Positions 37,770-49,299 of a stretch of DNA of 64,000 nucleotides are shown here, one piece after another; position 1 is the stretch's first letter, and each line of letters opens with the position of its first letter. The notes below the pieces were generated by a model. That model did no database searches and was not told where the DNA came from. It was given only the letters and a program-made list of their open reading frames with translations. Origin of the DNA: Cytophagales bacterium (GTDB taxonomy: Bacteria; Bacteroidota; Bacteroidia; Cytophagales; Hymenobacteraceae); contig JBBQSQ010000001.1 of the NCBI GenBank assembly GCA_038213745.1, forward strand, positions 18,464-82,463, read 5' to 3'. The translations under genes and the position numbers were made by a program.

Positions 37770-39017
37770 TTAGGCCAATTGCGCCGGCAACGCGGTTTTG
37801 CTGTAAAGGCCCTTGGCGAGCTTGGCACCCATGGCTTCAAACGCCGCAATCGTTTCCTGAACGTCGGAGAGCGTGTGCTTGGCCGTGGGAATGAGGCGCA
37901 GCATAATCACGCCCTTAGGCACTACCGGATACACCACAATAGAGCAGAAAATGCCGTGATTCTCACGTAAATCGAAGGTTAAGGCCGTCGCTTCCGACAG
38001 TTCGCCGTTCAGCAGCACGGGCGTTACCGGCGACTCGGTGGTGCCAATATTGAAGCCTTTTTCCTTCAGGCCGCTTTGCAGGGCTCGCACTACGGTCCAG
38101 AGCTGGTCGCGGTATTCGGGGTGGTTGCGAATCAACTCCAGGCGCTTAAGCGCCCCGATTACTAACGGCATGGGCAACGATTTAGCGAAAATCTGGCTAC
38201 GCATGTTGTAACGCAAATATTCAATCACGCTTTCCGGCCCGGCCACAAATGCACCGATGCTGGCCATGCTTTTAGCAAAGGTGTAAAAAATTAGGTCTAC
38301 GCCGTCCTGACAGCCCAAATGTTCGGCCGTTCCGGCCCCGGTGGGGCCCAGCGTGCCAAAACCATGAGCATCATCAACAAAAATGCGGAAGTCGAATTTT
38401 TCCTTCAATTTAACAATCTCCGGCAGCTTGCCCAAGTTGCCCGACATGCCAAACATGCCCTCCGTAATCACGAAAATACCCCCGCCGGTTTCGTCGGTCA
38501 GGCGCTTGGCGCGCTCCAACTGCTTTTCGAGGCTGGCCATGTCGTTGTGGTTAAACACGAAGCGCTTCCCCTGATGCAGGCGCACACCGTCAATGATGCA
38601 GGCGTGCGACTCGGCGTCGTACACAATGGCATCGTGGCGATTCACCATGGAGTCGATGATGCTGACCACGCCCTGGTAGCCAAAGTTCAAAAGCAGGGCG
38701 GCGGGCTTGTTCACGAAGTCGGCCAGCTCGTTTTCCAGCTGCTCGTGCAGCGTCGAGTTGCCGCTCATGATGCGGGCCCCCATGGGGTAAGCCATGCCGT
38801 ATTCGGCGGCCCCGTCGATGTCGGCCTGGCGCACTTCGGGGTGGTTGGCGAGGCCGAGGTAGTTGTTCAGGCTCCAGGTGAGCACTTCCTTGCCGCGGAA
38901 CTGCATGCGCGGTTGGATTTGGCCTTCCAGCTTCGGAAAAGCGAAGTAGCCGTGGGCGTAATGCGATTGCGAACCCAAAGGGCCGCGGTTGGCCGAAACC
39001 CGGTCGAAAATATCCAC
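37770..39017 (-). CDS. PLP-dependent alpha-oxoamine synthase, probable cysteate acyltransferase (SulA/CapB type, sulfonolipid synthesis)
   Basis: GYFAFPKLEG, WSLNNYLGLANHPEV, DDAHGFG, TFAKS (PLP Lys), RSQIFAKSLP; GTG start at 39017; promoter CAAAGGTA at 39105-39112. Confidence 0.75.
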   Translation of the reverse strand: MDIFDRVSANRGPLGSQSHYAHGYFAFPKLEGQIQPRMQFRGKEVLTWSLNNYLGLANHPEVRQADIDGAAEYGMAYPMGARIMSGNSTLHEQLENELADFVNKPAALLLNFGYQGVVSIIDSMVNRHDAIVYDAESHACIIDGVRLHQGKRFVFNHNDMASLEKQLERAKRLTDETGGGIFVITEGMFGMSGNLGKLPEIVKLKEKFDFRIFVDDAHGFGTLGPTGAGTAEHLGCQDGVDLIFYTFAKSMASIGAFVAGPESVIEYLRYNMRSQIFAKSLPMPLVIGALKRLELIRNHPEYRDQLWTVVRALQSGLKEKGFNIGTTESPVTPVLLNGELSEATALTFDLRENHGIFCSIVVYPVVPKGVIMLRLIPTAKHTLSDVQETIAAFEAMGAKLAKGLYSKTALPAQLA

Positions 39018-39237
39018 TGAAAAACGGGAATTAGGTGAAGGTAAAAAAGCGGGGCAAAAGCCGCTGGGTAGCGGCAGCACAACAGCCCAAAACAGGGCCA
39101 ACCACAAAGGTAACCCCGGAGCTTTGATGTACATAATTTGGGCTTAATAACCTGGTAACAGCCGAAGGGTTTGGGCCGGTGGTGCAGTTTGCGACTTTCT
39201 TTGTGGGTGAATTAGGTTAGCAAAGTATCCGGGAACA

Positions 39238-39342
39238 TCATGCTGAGCGCAGCGAAGCACTTCGCTCATACCGTTGACCGATTGAATTAATTACTACCAC
39301 GCACGAGATGCTTCGGCTACGCGGACGCCAAATGAGCATGAC
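39238..39342. repeat. REP-like inverted pair (TCATGCTGAGCG..GAAGCA family)
   Basis: tcatgctgagcgcagcgaagca ... gagatgcttcggctacgcggacgccaaatgagcatgac; related partial copy at 53301-53333. Confidence 0.65.
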
Positions 39343-39376
39343 GTGCTTTTTTCCGCCGCCCTTTATTCTCCCTCTC

Positions 39377-40888
<1,512 letters not shown>

Positions 40889-40902
40889 CTGGTATTTCCA
40901 CC

Positions 40903-40984
40903 CTCTATTTTTGAGTGGCCTAGATATCGGGGAAGCTTACCATCCTGTAAGCCTCCCCGATATCTAGGCCACTCAAAAATAGAG
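40903..40984. repeat. 31-bp perfect inverted repeat between convergent accC and the RES toxin gene
   Basis: CTCTATTTTTGAGTGGCCTAGATATCGGGGA ... TCCCCGATATCTAGGCCACTCAAAAATAGAG, with inner GCTTAC/GTAAGC stem. Confidence 0.9.
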
Positions 40985-41437
40985 TTAAACGTCCTTAATC
41001 CGCGGGTCAAATTCAAAATCTTCCCAGCCCACAATCTTCACTTGCGCAAAATCCGGGTGGCGGGTATTGAGCACGTAATTATGCTCGTGGGCGATGATGG
41101 AGGACGGCACCCGTAGGATGGCCGCCGTTTGGCGCTGGTACCATGCGGCACCCAGGGGCTGGCAGCGGGCATAGTGACGCGGCAGCTGCCACTCGGGCGG
41201 CATTTGGGCCAAGGTTAGCTCTTCGATGGGCAGCGCGTCGGGTACGTCGATGCGGATGACTTTGAAGAGGCTGTTGAGGCCTTCGCCGCTGCGGTGCACC
41301 ACGTTTTCGAGGCAGGCCAGGGCCCGGCTGCCGGCGGCGTAGATGACCAGCTGGCCGCGCAGGTTCCAGCGGCCGGGGTTGCCGGAGGCGACGAGCTCAC
41401 CGGCGTATTTGGCCAGGCAGATGCGGTAGATTTCCAC
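40985..41437 (-). CDS. RES domain toxin (NAD+-targeting, MbcT/ParT-like)
   Basis: GRWN, Y...S.ALACLE, VPS...E.NYVLN; downstream of an Xre antitoxin. Confidence 0.9.
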   Translation of the reverse strand: MEIYRICLAKYAGELVASGNPGRWNLRGQLVIYAAGSRALACLENVVHRSGEGLNSLFKVIRIDVPDALPIEELTLAQMPPEWQLPRHYARCQPLGAAWYQRQTAAILRVPSSIIAHEHNYVLNTRHPDFAQVKIVGWEDFEFDPRIKDV

Positions 41438-41446
41438 TTGCGATTA

Positions 41447-41532
41447 GTTGTCAGTTGCTCGTTGTCAGTTGTCACGCGCTGACGTCATCGCGGCCAAAAC
41501 GTGCTGACAACTGACAACGAGCAACTGACAAC
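41447..41532. repeat. Heptamer-array inverted repeat (GTTGTCA)n ... (TGACAAC)n
   Basis: Perfect 28-bp arms of four 7-mers each. Confidence 0.9.
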
Positions 41533-41541
41533 CAAAACCAA

Positions 41542-41985
41542 TCAGGCCAGGTCGCCGTGGGCAATGCGGTCTACTTCGTCGGCCACCAAGTCGATGCCGC
41601 CGCTGGTTTCGAGCAGGGCCAGTGGGAGTTGGTTATCGAGGCCGTAGGCGGGCTTATCGAGCCAGCGGCGGAAGGCCGGGAGCGAGCCAAATACTTCTTC
41701 ACCTTGGCTGGCGAGGGCCAGCAGTTTGAGCACCTGTTCGCTGGCGGCCGGGGCAAGGCGCTTTTTGCTCTCACGGTAGGCGCGCAGAGTTTTGGTGGTC
41801 GTGTGCAGGAGGTCAGCCAACTCGTCGGCGTTCAGCTTTAGGAGTGAGGCAACGTCGAAAGCGGTTTTAGCCGGTACGCCGGTGCGGGCTTCCATCACGA
41901 GGGCGAAGGAATCGGCCACGGTGGCTTGCAGGCCAAGCAAAGCGGGCGAGTAAACGGCAGCGGGTGGAGTGGCGAGGGCAGCCAT
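41542..41985 (-). CDS. Xre/MbcA/ParS antitoxin
   Basis: HTH 'ELADLLHTTTKTLRAY'; C-terminal 'EVFGS...FRRWL.KP..GL....P..LL.T..G..LV'. Confidence 0.9.
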   Translation of the reverse strand: MAALATPPAAVYSPALLGLQATVADSFALVMEARTGVPAKTAFDVASLLKLNADELADLLHTTTKTLRAYRESKKRLAPAASEQVLKLLALASQGEEVFGSLPAFRRWLDKPAYGLDNQLPLALLETSGGIDLVADEVDRIAHGDLA

Positions 41986-42016
41986 GGGTGTGGAGATTTA
42001 TTTATCACCCAAATAT

Positions 42017-42052
42017 GGGAAATATTTCCTGCATCAACGGGAAATATTTCCC
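42017..42052. promoter_or_regulatory. Tandem palindromic operators upstream of the TA operon
   Basis: GGAAATATTTCC at 42018-42029 and 42040-42051 (22-bp period). Confidence 0.7.
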
Positions 42053-42186
42053 TTTTGTTCCAATGACCCATTCCCAGATTACGCAACAAAGCCTGCCTTC
42101 CAAATAGTAGGAGACAGGCTTTCTGATAAAACATGGCACTTCCAAGCACTATAATGCGGCGTCCCAGCCCGGAGAATAGTGGCTGA

Positions 42187-42906
42187 CTACAGCAAATCGC
42201 CTACCTCGCGCACGCCTAATGGCCGTGCCACTGTGAAGCCTTCGCCGAATTCAACCCCGATAATGTGGCCGAATTCCCGCGCCCGCGCTTCCATAAACCG
42301 GCCAAAAGCCTGGCTCGACAGGTAGGTTTGCGGAGCATCCAAATCCGGGTTAAAAAACTGGGTCTTGAAGGCCTGAATAGCTTCCCATTTTTTCTCCCAA
42401 TACGGCGTAATATCCACGACAAACGCTGGCGGCAATTGCCGGTCCTGGATGTAATGGTACACGTTTTTGGGCCGCCAAGCGGCTTGGGGCAGGCCGTCGT
42501 CGCCGAACGTTTCAATCATGCGCAGGCCGGCCAGGAAACAGGCGTTCGTGGCCAATTGCGCAGCGCGGCCGTGGTCAGGATGCCGGTCATTAATGGCATT
42601 GGCCAGCACCACCTCGGGCTGGTAGCGTCGAATGGCGGCAATGAGCGGCAGCTGATGCTCCCGGTCGTTGCGAAAGAACCCATCGGGCAAGCCCAGGTTT
42701 TCGCGGATTGCGATGCCCAGAATCTTATTCGAAGCCGCCGCCTCGGCGGCCCGGATAGCGGGCGTGCCTCTGGTGCCCAACTCGCCCCGGGTGAAATCAA
42801 CGATTCCAACTTTTTTCCCGACGGTCATCGCCGCCAGCAACGTCCCAGTGCAGGACATTTCTACATCGTCGGGGTGGGCCCCGAGGGCCAGAACATCGAG
42901 CTTCAT
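42187..42906 (-). CDS. bshB1: Bacillithiol biosynthesis deacetylase
   Basis: GAHPDDVE, TRGELGTRG, DRHPDH, AF.TQF, GV.FGEGF (PIG-L/LmbE fold). Confidence 0.85.
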   Translation of the reverse strand: MKLDVLALGAHPDDVEMSCTGTLLAAMTVGKKVGIVDFTRGELGTRGTPAIRAAEAAASNKILGIAIRENLGLPDGFFRNDREHQLPLIAAIRRYQPEVVLANAINDRHPDHGRAAQLATNACFLAGLRMIETFGDDGLPQAAWRPKNVYHYIQDRQLPPAFVVDITPYWEKKWEAIQAFKTQFFNPDLDAPQTYLSSQAFGRFMEARAREFGHIIGVEFGEGFTVARPLGVREVGDLL

Positions 42907-43040
42907 CACTGATTTTCGCGGATTAAATTGATTTCGCTGATTACAGCGCCCGAATTAAAATGACCTTTTTTCACACCCAAAATTAGCTACACCGCCAAAA
43001 AAAATCGGCGAAATCACAGTTAATCCGTGAAAATCAGTGA
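42906..43040. repeat. Inverted repeat of the AATCCGTGAAAATCAGTG-type array
   Basis: tcactgattttcgcggattaa..gatttcgctgatt / aatcggcgaaatc..ttaatccgtgaaaatcagtga. Confidence 0.7.
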
Positions 43041-43041
43041 T

Positions 43042-44214
43042 TTATTTGATGCGCAGCTTTTTGCCGGGCTGCAAGGTTCTCACGCCAGGGTTTAGTCTTT
43101 TCAACGCGCTTACGCGCACTCCGTATTTTTCGGCCACTTCCGAAAGCGTATCGCCCGAGCGCACCTTGTGCGTTACAATCTGCCGGGCCCGCGACGGCCG
43201 CCCGCTGCCGCTGCTACGGCTGCTACGGCTGCGCGTTAGGGCCCGACTGTAGTAGTTGAAGAGCGCCGCAGTGATGGTGAAGTTGTCCTTCCGCAGCTTA
43301 TAGCCGGGAAAGTCATACATCAACACCGGGTTGATGGGGTTGCCCTGGTAGCGCACCTCAAAGTGCAGGTGCGAGCCCGTGCTACGCCCCGTGCTGCCGC
43401 CGTAGCCAATGAGCTGGCCGGCTTTCACAAAGGTGCCCACCGTCACCAAGGCCTTGCTCAAGTGGCCGTACACCGTTTCGAGGCCGTTGTAGTGCCGCAC
43501 CAAAATGTAGTTGCCGTAGCCACCACCGTCCCAGGCCTGAATGCGCACTACGCCATCAAACACGGTTTTCACCGAGTCGCCGGTTTCCAGGTCCAGGTCC
43601 ATGCCGTAGTGCCAGCGGTAACCCCGAAAGGCAAAGCCCGACGTAATGGGCGTGGTCAGCAGCGGCATTTTGGCGTAGCGCTGCCGGGTTGGGTCGGTTA
43701 ATTGCAGTTTGAGGGAGTCCCGGTAGCTGCGGCCGTCTACCCGGTAAGGATTAACCCGATGCGTGTCCCAAATGGAGTAGTAGCCCGCCACCTTCACCCA
43801 CGAAGAATCGATGAGCACTTCCTCCGACATCTCCACAATTTCCTGCCCGCCCAAATTCAGCGTCGAGGTATCCTCGCTCACAATGCTGAGCTTTTTGGCC
43901 GGGTTGAAGAAAATAGACTTTGCGGCGTCGGAGTTATCGTCGGGCAGTTCTTCGGTCTCGATGACCGTCGTGGTATCCGGTCGTACGTAGCGCATCTTGG
44001 GCGTTTTGATGCGAAAAAAATCGGACTTGCCGGTCGTGCTGCCGGCTTTGGCTTTGGTGCGCGGCGGCTTTCGGCGCTGCGCCTGCGCCGGGCTTATCCC
44101 CGCCAGAAACAGCAACAGTGCCAGCAGCAACAGCCCCGGACGCTGGTAAATTATTTTCAGAAAAGTCAAAAGCAGGCGGAAAGAGGCCAAAATTGAAGGC
44201 TTTGCAACTTTCAA
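43042..44214 (-). CDS. M23 family peptidoglycan endopeptidase with C-terminal LysM (start uncertain)
   Basis: HYGMD (HxxxD), STGSHLHFE, HKVRSGDTLSEVAEKYGV. Confidence 0.9.
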   Translation of the reverse strand: MKVAKPSILASFRLLLTFLKIIYQRPGLLLLALLLFLAGISPAQAQRRKPPRTKAKAGSTTGKSDFFRIKTPKMRYVRPDTTTVIETEELPDDNSDAAKSIFFNPAKKLSIVSEDTSTLNLGGQEIVEMSEEVLIDSSWVKVAGYYSIWDTHRVNPYRVDGRSYRDSLKLQLTDPTRQRYAKMPLLTTPITSGFAFRGYRWHYGMDLDLETGDSVKTVFDGVVRIQAWDGGGYGNYILVRHYNGLETVYGHLSKALVTVGTFVKAGQLIGYGGSTGRSTGSHLHFEVRYQGNPINPVLMYDFPGYKLRKDNFTITAALFNYYSRALTRSRSSRSSGSGRPSRARQIVTHKVRSGDTLSEVAEKYGVRVSALKRLNPGVRTLQPGKKLRIK

Positions 44215-44298
44215 CTTCGTGCCGTTCGGTCTAAAACAAAACGGTTAGAAAAGACGAACCACAAAGCTCGTCTTTTCTAACACGTTCACGCAACAAAT

Positions 44299-45234
44299 TT
44301 AGTGTATTCCCATGGCGGCCAGGTAGCGCTCGGCATCCAGGGCGGCCATGCAGCCGGTACCAGCGGCCGTCACGGCCTGGCGATAGGTGAAATCCTGCAC
44401 ATCGCCGCAGGCGAAGATGCCATCCACGTTGGTTTTGCTGGTGCCAGGGATGGTTTTCAGGTAGCCCTGCTCATCGTGGTGCAGGTAGGGCTGAAAAATC
44501 TTGGAGTTGGGGTCGTGCCCAATGGCCACAAAGAAGCCTGTCAGGGCAATCTCACGGGTTTCGTGGGTCAGCAAGTTTTTCACCCGCACTCCCTCTACTG
44601 CATGCTCACCCAGAATCTCATCCGTCACCGTGTTGAAAAGCACCTCAATCTTGGGATTGTCGAGCACGCGCTGCTGCATAATCTTTGAGGCTTTCATCTC
44701 ACTCTTGCGCACAATCATGGTCACCTTGCTGCACAGGTTGGCAAGGTAGGTCGCTTCCTCCGCTGCCGTATCGCCCGCGCCCACAATGGCCACTTCTTGC
44801 CCACGGTAGAAAAAGCCGTCGCATACCGCGCAGGCCGAAACGCCCGAGCCGTTCAGCCTTGCTTCCGACGGAATGCCCAGCCACTTGGCCGAAGCCCCAG
44901 TGGCAATAATTACGGAATCGGCTGTCAACTCAAGGGTTTCGTCGATGGTAATTTTGCGTGGATGCACCGAAAAATCAACCGCCGTGGCAATTCCATAGCG
45001 GATATCAGTGCCGAAGCGGGTAGCCTGCTTTTTCAGGTCTTCCATCATTTCAGGACCCATAATCCCGTCTGGATAGCCGGGGAAATTTTCCACGTCATTC
45101 GTGATGGTGAGCTGCCCCCCCGGCTGCAAACCCATGTACATAACGGGGGCCATATTGGCACGAGCGGCATAGATGGCGGCGGTGTAGCCGGCCGGGCCGG
45201 AGCCGATAATCAGACATTTGATGTGTTCAGACAT
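44299..45234 (-). CDS. trxB: Thioredoxin-disulfide reductase
   Basis: IIGSGPAGYTAAIY, CAVCDG, GAGDTA, YRQAVTAAG. Confidence 0.97.
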   Translation of the reverse strand: MSEHIKCLIIGSGPAGYTAAIYAARANMAPVMYMGLQPGGQLTITNDVENFPGYPDGIMGPEMMEDLKKQATRFGTDIRYGIATAVDFSVHPRKITIDETLELTADSVIIATGASAKWLGIPSEARLNGSGVSACAVCDGFFYRGQEVAIVGAGDTAAEEATYLANLCSKVTMIVRKSEMKASKIMQQRVLDNPKIEVLFNTVTDEILGEHAVEGVRVKNLLTHETREIALTGFFVAIGHDPNSKIFQPYLHHDEQGYLKTIPGTSKTNVDGIFACGDVQDFTYRQAVTAAGTGCMAALDAERYLAAMGIH

Positions 45235-45244
45235 TTTGTATGAT

Positions 45245-45267
45245 GTAGCGCGAAGCCAAGCTTCGCG
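45245..45267 (+). repeat. GTAG-type REP element
   Basis: GTAG immediately followed by palindrome CGCGAAGC-CAA-GCTTCGCG. Confidence 0.55.
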
Positions 45268-45443
45268 TATCGTTGAACGATGAAAAATAGAATAGCTGAC
45301 GGCGCAACCGGAACGTGAAGCCAGCCTTGGCTATGCCAAGAACTAGTTTTCAAGTCATTGCCCGGCAGACGCCGACATGCGCGAAACCGTACAAAAAACC
45401 CCAACCTGACGGTCGGGGTTTTCTATTCTGCAAAACTAATTGA

Positions 45444-46307
45444 TTAGCCCAGATAAGGCTTCAGCGCCTTCGAGCGCGACGTGTGCCGCAAACGACGAAT
45501 GGCTTTCTCCTTAATCTGACGAACCCGCTCGCGGGTAAGGTTAAACTTCTCGCCAATTTCCTCCAAGGTCAGCGCAGCTTCGCCGTTCAAACCGAAGTAG
45601 AGCGTAATCACGTCCGCCTCGCGCTTGGTGAGCGTACTCAGGGCGCGTTGCACCTCCTTGCGGAGCGAGTCGTTCATCAGCGCCATGTCCGGCGACTCCT
45701 CGTCCTCGTTTTCGAGCACGTCGAGCAGACGGTTTTCCTCGCCCTGCACAAACGGCGCATCCACCGATACGTGGCGGCCCGAGATTTTTAGGGTGTCCAC
45801 CACTTCTGAGGTGGTTAACTCCAAAACCTCGGCAATTTCTTCGGGTGAAGGCTCGCGCTCGAATTTCTGCTCCAGCTCCGAGAAGGATTTGCTGATTTTG
45901 TTCAGCGAACCCACCCGATTCAAAGGCAGACGCACGATGCGGCTCTGCTCGGCCAAGGCCTGCAGAATCGACTGGCGAATCCACCAAACGGCGTACGAGA
46001 TGAATTTAAAGCCGCGGGTTTCGTCAAAGCGCTTGGCGGCTTTAATGAGACCGAGGTTGCCCTCATTGATGAGGTCACCAAGACTAAGGCCCTGGTTCTG
46101 ATACTGTTTTGCAACCGACACTACAAAACGCAGGTTGGCTTTGGTCAATTTTTCCAGTGCTTGCTGGTCTCCGTCGCGGATACGCTGCGCAAGCGTCACC
46201 TCCTCGTCGGGCGTGAGCAAATCAACCTTGCCAATCTCCTGGAGGTATTTATCCAGCGACTGACTTTCGCGGTTGGTAATCTGCTTACTAATTTTTAGCT
46301 GTCTCAT
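45444..46307 (-). CDS. rpoD: Bacteroidota primary sigma-70 factor (no region 1.1)
   Basis: [54 protein letters not shown]; 287 aa. Confidence 0.9.
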   Translation of the reverse strand: MRQLKISKQITNRESQSLDKYLQEIGKVDLLTPDEEVTLAQRIRDGDQQALEKLTKANLRFVVSVAKQYQNQGLSLGDLINEGNLGLIKAAKRFDETRGFKFISYAVWWIRQSILQALAEQSRIVRLPLNRVGSLNKISKSFSELEQKFEREPSPEEIAEVLELTTSEVVDTLKISGRHVSVDAPFVQGEENRLLDVLENEDEESPDMALMNDSLRKEVQRALSTLTKREADVITLYFGLNGEAALTLEEIGEKFNLTRERVRQIKEKAIRRLRHTSRSKALKPYLG

Positions 46308-46429
46308 TGGGGACTAGGTAAGAACGATATCTGATGGGGTTATACGTAAGAAAAAGCCGTCCGGACAGTCCCCTAAGTCAGAGGTAGCCAACAGGCTTCC
46401 CCCGACATTAGTTCGGACCGTTGGCGTGA

Positions 46430-48601
46430 CTACGCTTGGGCTTCGCCGTTGCTGGCGGCCGCCGTTTCCGGCTTGGGCAGCAACACTTTGCGTGACAAGC
46501 GGTACTTGCCGGTTTTCTTATCGATTTCCACCAGTTTCACGTCAATATCCTGGCCCACTTCCAACAAGCCTTCCAGCGTCTGAATCCGCTCGTGCGTCAC
46601 TTCCGAAATGTGCAGCAGGCCGTCTTTGCCGGGCATAATCTCCACGAAAGCACCGTAGGGCTGAATGCTGCGCACTTTGCCTTTGTAAACCTCGCCCACT
46701 TCGGGCTGCGCCGCAATGGCGCGGATGCGGTCGATGGCACCCTGCATGTCGTCCTGGTTGGCCGCGTAAATGCTCACGTGGCCCTTCTCGTCCTTCTCCT
46801 CGATAATAACCGTGGCGTTGGTATCCTTCTGAATCTGCTGAATCACCTTGCCACCGGGCCCGATGATGGCCCCGATGAATTCTTTGTCAATCAGCATCTT
46901 GTGCGAGCGGGGCGTGTGCGCCTTCAACTCAGCGGCCGGCGCGGCAATGGTCTTGGCCATTTCGGCCAGAATGTGCAGGCGGCCGGCGCGGGCCTGGTGT
47001 AGCGCGGCGGTCAGAATCTCATTGCTCAGGCCCTGGATTTTGATGTCCATCTGGCAGGCGCAAATGCCTTTCTCGGTGCCGGTTACCTTGAAGTCCATGT
47101 CGCCGAGGTGGTCCTCGTCGCCGAGAATATCGCTCAGCACGGCGTATTCGCCGGTTTCCTTATCCTGCACGAGGCCCATGGCGATGCCCGACACGGCACC
47201 CGTGATTTTCACCCCCGCGTCCATCAGCGCCAGCGAGCCGGCGCAAACGGTAGCCATCGAGCTGGAGCCGTTCGACTCCAGAATGTCCGACACGATACGG
47301 ATGGTGTAGGGGTTTTCGTCTTCGGCGGGCAATACCTGCTTCAGCGAGCGCAGGGCCAGGTTGCCGTGGCCGATTTCGCGGCGGCCAGCGCCCCGGTTCG
47401 GCTTCACTTCACCAGTCGAGAAACCGGGGAAGTTGTAGTGCAGCATAAATTTCGAGTAGCCCTTAGTTAGCGGCTGGTCCACAATCTGCTCATCGAGCTT
47501 AGTACCGAGCGTGGCCGTGGTCAGGCTTTGCGTCTCACCGCGGGTGAAAATAGCCGAACCGTGGGCTCCAGGCAAATAGTTAATTTCCGACCAGATAGGG
47601 CGGATTTCGGTGAGCTGACGACCATCGAGGCGCACCCGCTCCTTCACCATCATGTCCCGGATAGCTTTCTTCTCGGCCGAGCCATAGTAGCGGCTGAACA
47701 TCTTCATGTTCAACTCCGCATCTACGGCCAGCAAATGTTCCAGCACTTGCTTTTTCACCTTACCAAAGCCTTCCTTGCGGCCGCCTTTGCTAGTATTGCC
47801 GCTACGGGCCACGTCATAAGCGCCCTGGTACACCGCGTCGAGAATCGTCTTTTTCAAATCCTCGTTCTCCTCGTACTTGGGGTACTCGCGAGTCGGCGAG
47901 TCGGCAGTGCGGCCCACGGCTTCAGCCAGGTCCTTCTGCAGCTGGCATTGGGACTTAATGGCTTCGTGGCCGAAGGCAATAGCGGCCACCATCTCCTCTT
48001 CGCTCACTTCCTTCATGGCACCTTCCACCATGGCCACGGAGTCGGCGGTGGCACCTACCATCAGGTCCATGTCGGCGCGGGCCAGGTCGGAAGTCTTTGG
48101 GTTAATCTGGAACTGGCCGTCGATGCGCGCCACGCGCACTTCGGAAATCGGGCCAGCAAACGGAATATCGGAAATCGACAGTGCAGCCGAGGCGGCCAGG
48201 GCGGCCAGAGCGTCGGGCTGAACTTCTTTATCGGCCGAGATGAGGGTAATCATTACCTGCACCTCGTAGTGGTAGTCTTTGGGGAACATCGGCCGCAGGA
48301 TGCGGTCGACAAGGCGGCACACCAGGATTTCGTAGTCGCTCAAGCGGCCTTCGCGGCGCTGGAACGAGCCGGGAATCTTGCCGGCCGAGCCGAATTTCTC
48401 CTGGTAGTCCACCGACAGCGGCAGAAAGTCAACGCCGTCGCGCTGGCTCGGGGCCGATACCACCGTGGCAAGCAGCATGGTATCACCGAGGCGAACCACG
48501 ACGGCACCGTCGGCAAATTTGGCCAGCTTGCCGGTTTCGATGGAGATAACGCGGCCGTCGGGCAGCGCCAGGGTTTTGGTAATGGCGTGGGGTTGGGACA
48601 T
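46430..48601 (-). CDS. pnp: Polyribonucleotide nucleotidyltransferase
   Basis: [35 protein letters not shown] and S1 domains; ATG at 48601. Confidence 0.97.
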   Translation of the reverse strand: MSQPHAITKTLALPDGRVISIETGKLAKFADGAVVVRLGDTMLLATVVSAPSQRDGVDFLPLSVDYQEKFGSAGKIPGSFQRREGRLSDYEILVCRLVDRILRPMFPKDYHYEVQVMITLISADKEVQPDALAALAASAALSISDIPFAGPISEVRVARIDGQFQINPKTSDLARADMDLMVGATADSVAMVEGAMKEVSEEEMVAAIAFGHEAIKSQCQLQKDLAEAVGRTADSPTREYPKYEENEDLKKTILDAVYQGAYDVARSGNTSKGGRKEGFGKVKKQVLEHLLAVDAELNMKMFSRYYGSAEKKAIRDMMVKERVRLDGRQLTEIRPIWSEINYLPGAHGSAIFTRGETQSLTTATLGTKLDEQIVDQPLTKGYSKFMLHYNFPGFSTGEVKPNRGAGRREIGHGNLALRSLKQVLPAEDENPYTIRIVSDILESNGSSSMATVCAGSLALMDAGVKITGAVSGIAMGLVQDKETGEYAVLSDILGDEDHLGDMDFKVTGTEKGICACQMDIKIQGLSNEILTAALHQARAGRLHILAEMAKTIAAPAAELKAHTPRSHKMLIDKEFIGAIIGPGGKVIQQIQKDTNATVIIEEKDEKGHVSIYAANQDDMQGAIDRIRAIAAQPEVGEVYKGKVRSIQPYGAFVEIMPGKDGLLHISEVTHERIQTLEGLLEVGQDIDVKLVEIDKKTGKYRLSRKVLLPKPETAAASNGEAQA

Positions 48602-48703
48602 CAGCGGGATTTGCTTGGAAAAGCGACAGCGGGCGAGCAGCCAAAAACGAGCACCACGCACGGCTCTCGTTACTCAGGTAAATACAACAGCGACGATGGG
48701 TTA

Positions 48704-48777
48704 GTTGTCAGTTGCTAGTTGTCCGTTGTCAGAACTGTTATGAAACGGCCTGACAACGGACAACTAGCAGCTAATCA
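48704..48777. repeat. Heptamer-array inverted repeat (GTTGTCA family)
   Basis: gttgtca gttgcta gttgtcc gttgtca ... tgacaac ggacaac tagcagc; same family as 41447-41532. Confidence 0.85.
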
Positions 48778-48812
48778 TTTCGGGCCGGCCTCGGGGCCAA
48801 ACCAACCCAAAC

Positions 48813-48855
48813 AAAAAAAGAGTAGGGAACCCTCGTTGGAAGGCTCCCTACTCTC
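48813..48855 (-). terminator. Terminator after rpsO
   Basis: gagtaggga / tccctactc stem with A tract on + strand (U tract on -). Confidence 0.75.
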
Positions 48856-48866
48856 AGATTCTGGAC

Positions 48867-49142
48867 TTACTTACGGATGCCCAGTTCCTTGATAATGGCA
48901 CGGTAGCGGTTGATTTCGCGGTGCTGCAGGTAATCCAGCATGCTGCGACGCTTACCCACCAGCTTCAGCAGGCCCAGACGGGTGCTGTGGTCCTTCTTGT
49001 TCACCTTGAGGTGCTCGGTTAGGTGCGTGATGCGGTGCGTGAAGAGGGCAATTTGTGCCTCGGCCGAACCAGTATCGGTTTTCACTTTTTGCAGGCTGTT
49101 CTTCTCGAAGATGGCTTGCTTAATTTCGGTGGTGAGTTTCAT
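48867..49142 (-). CDS. rpsO: 30S ribosomal protein S15
   Basis: [37 protein letters not shown]. Confidence 0.98.
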   Translation of the reverse strand: MKLTTEIKQAIFEKNSLQKVKTDTGSAEAQIALFTHRITHLTEHLKVNKKDHSTRLGLLKLVGKRRSMLDYLQHREINRYRAIIKELGIRK

Positions 49143-49299
49143 CGGCTGATAGGTGTAACCCCGTCTTTAGATTTAAAGATGAAAAAAGAAAATTAAAAAC
49201 CCCATACATCGGGGTGCCGCAAAGGTACGGAATTTTAAAACAGGATAAAAGCGCAGCCGAGAGATTTTAGCATAAGCGTTAGCTTGTGACGAACCCCGT

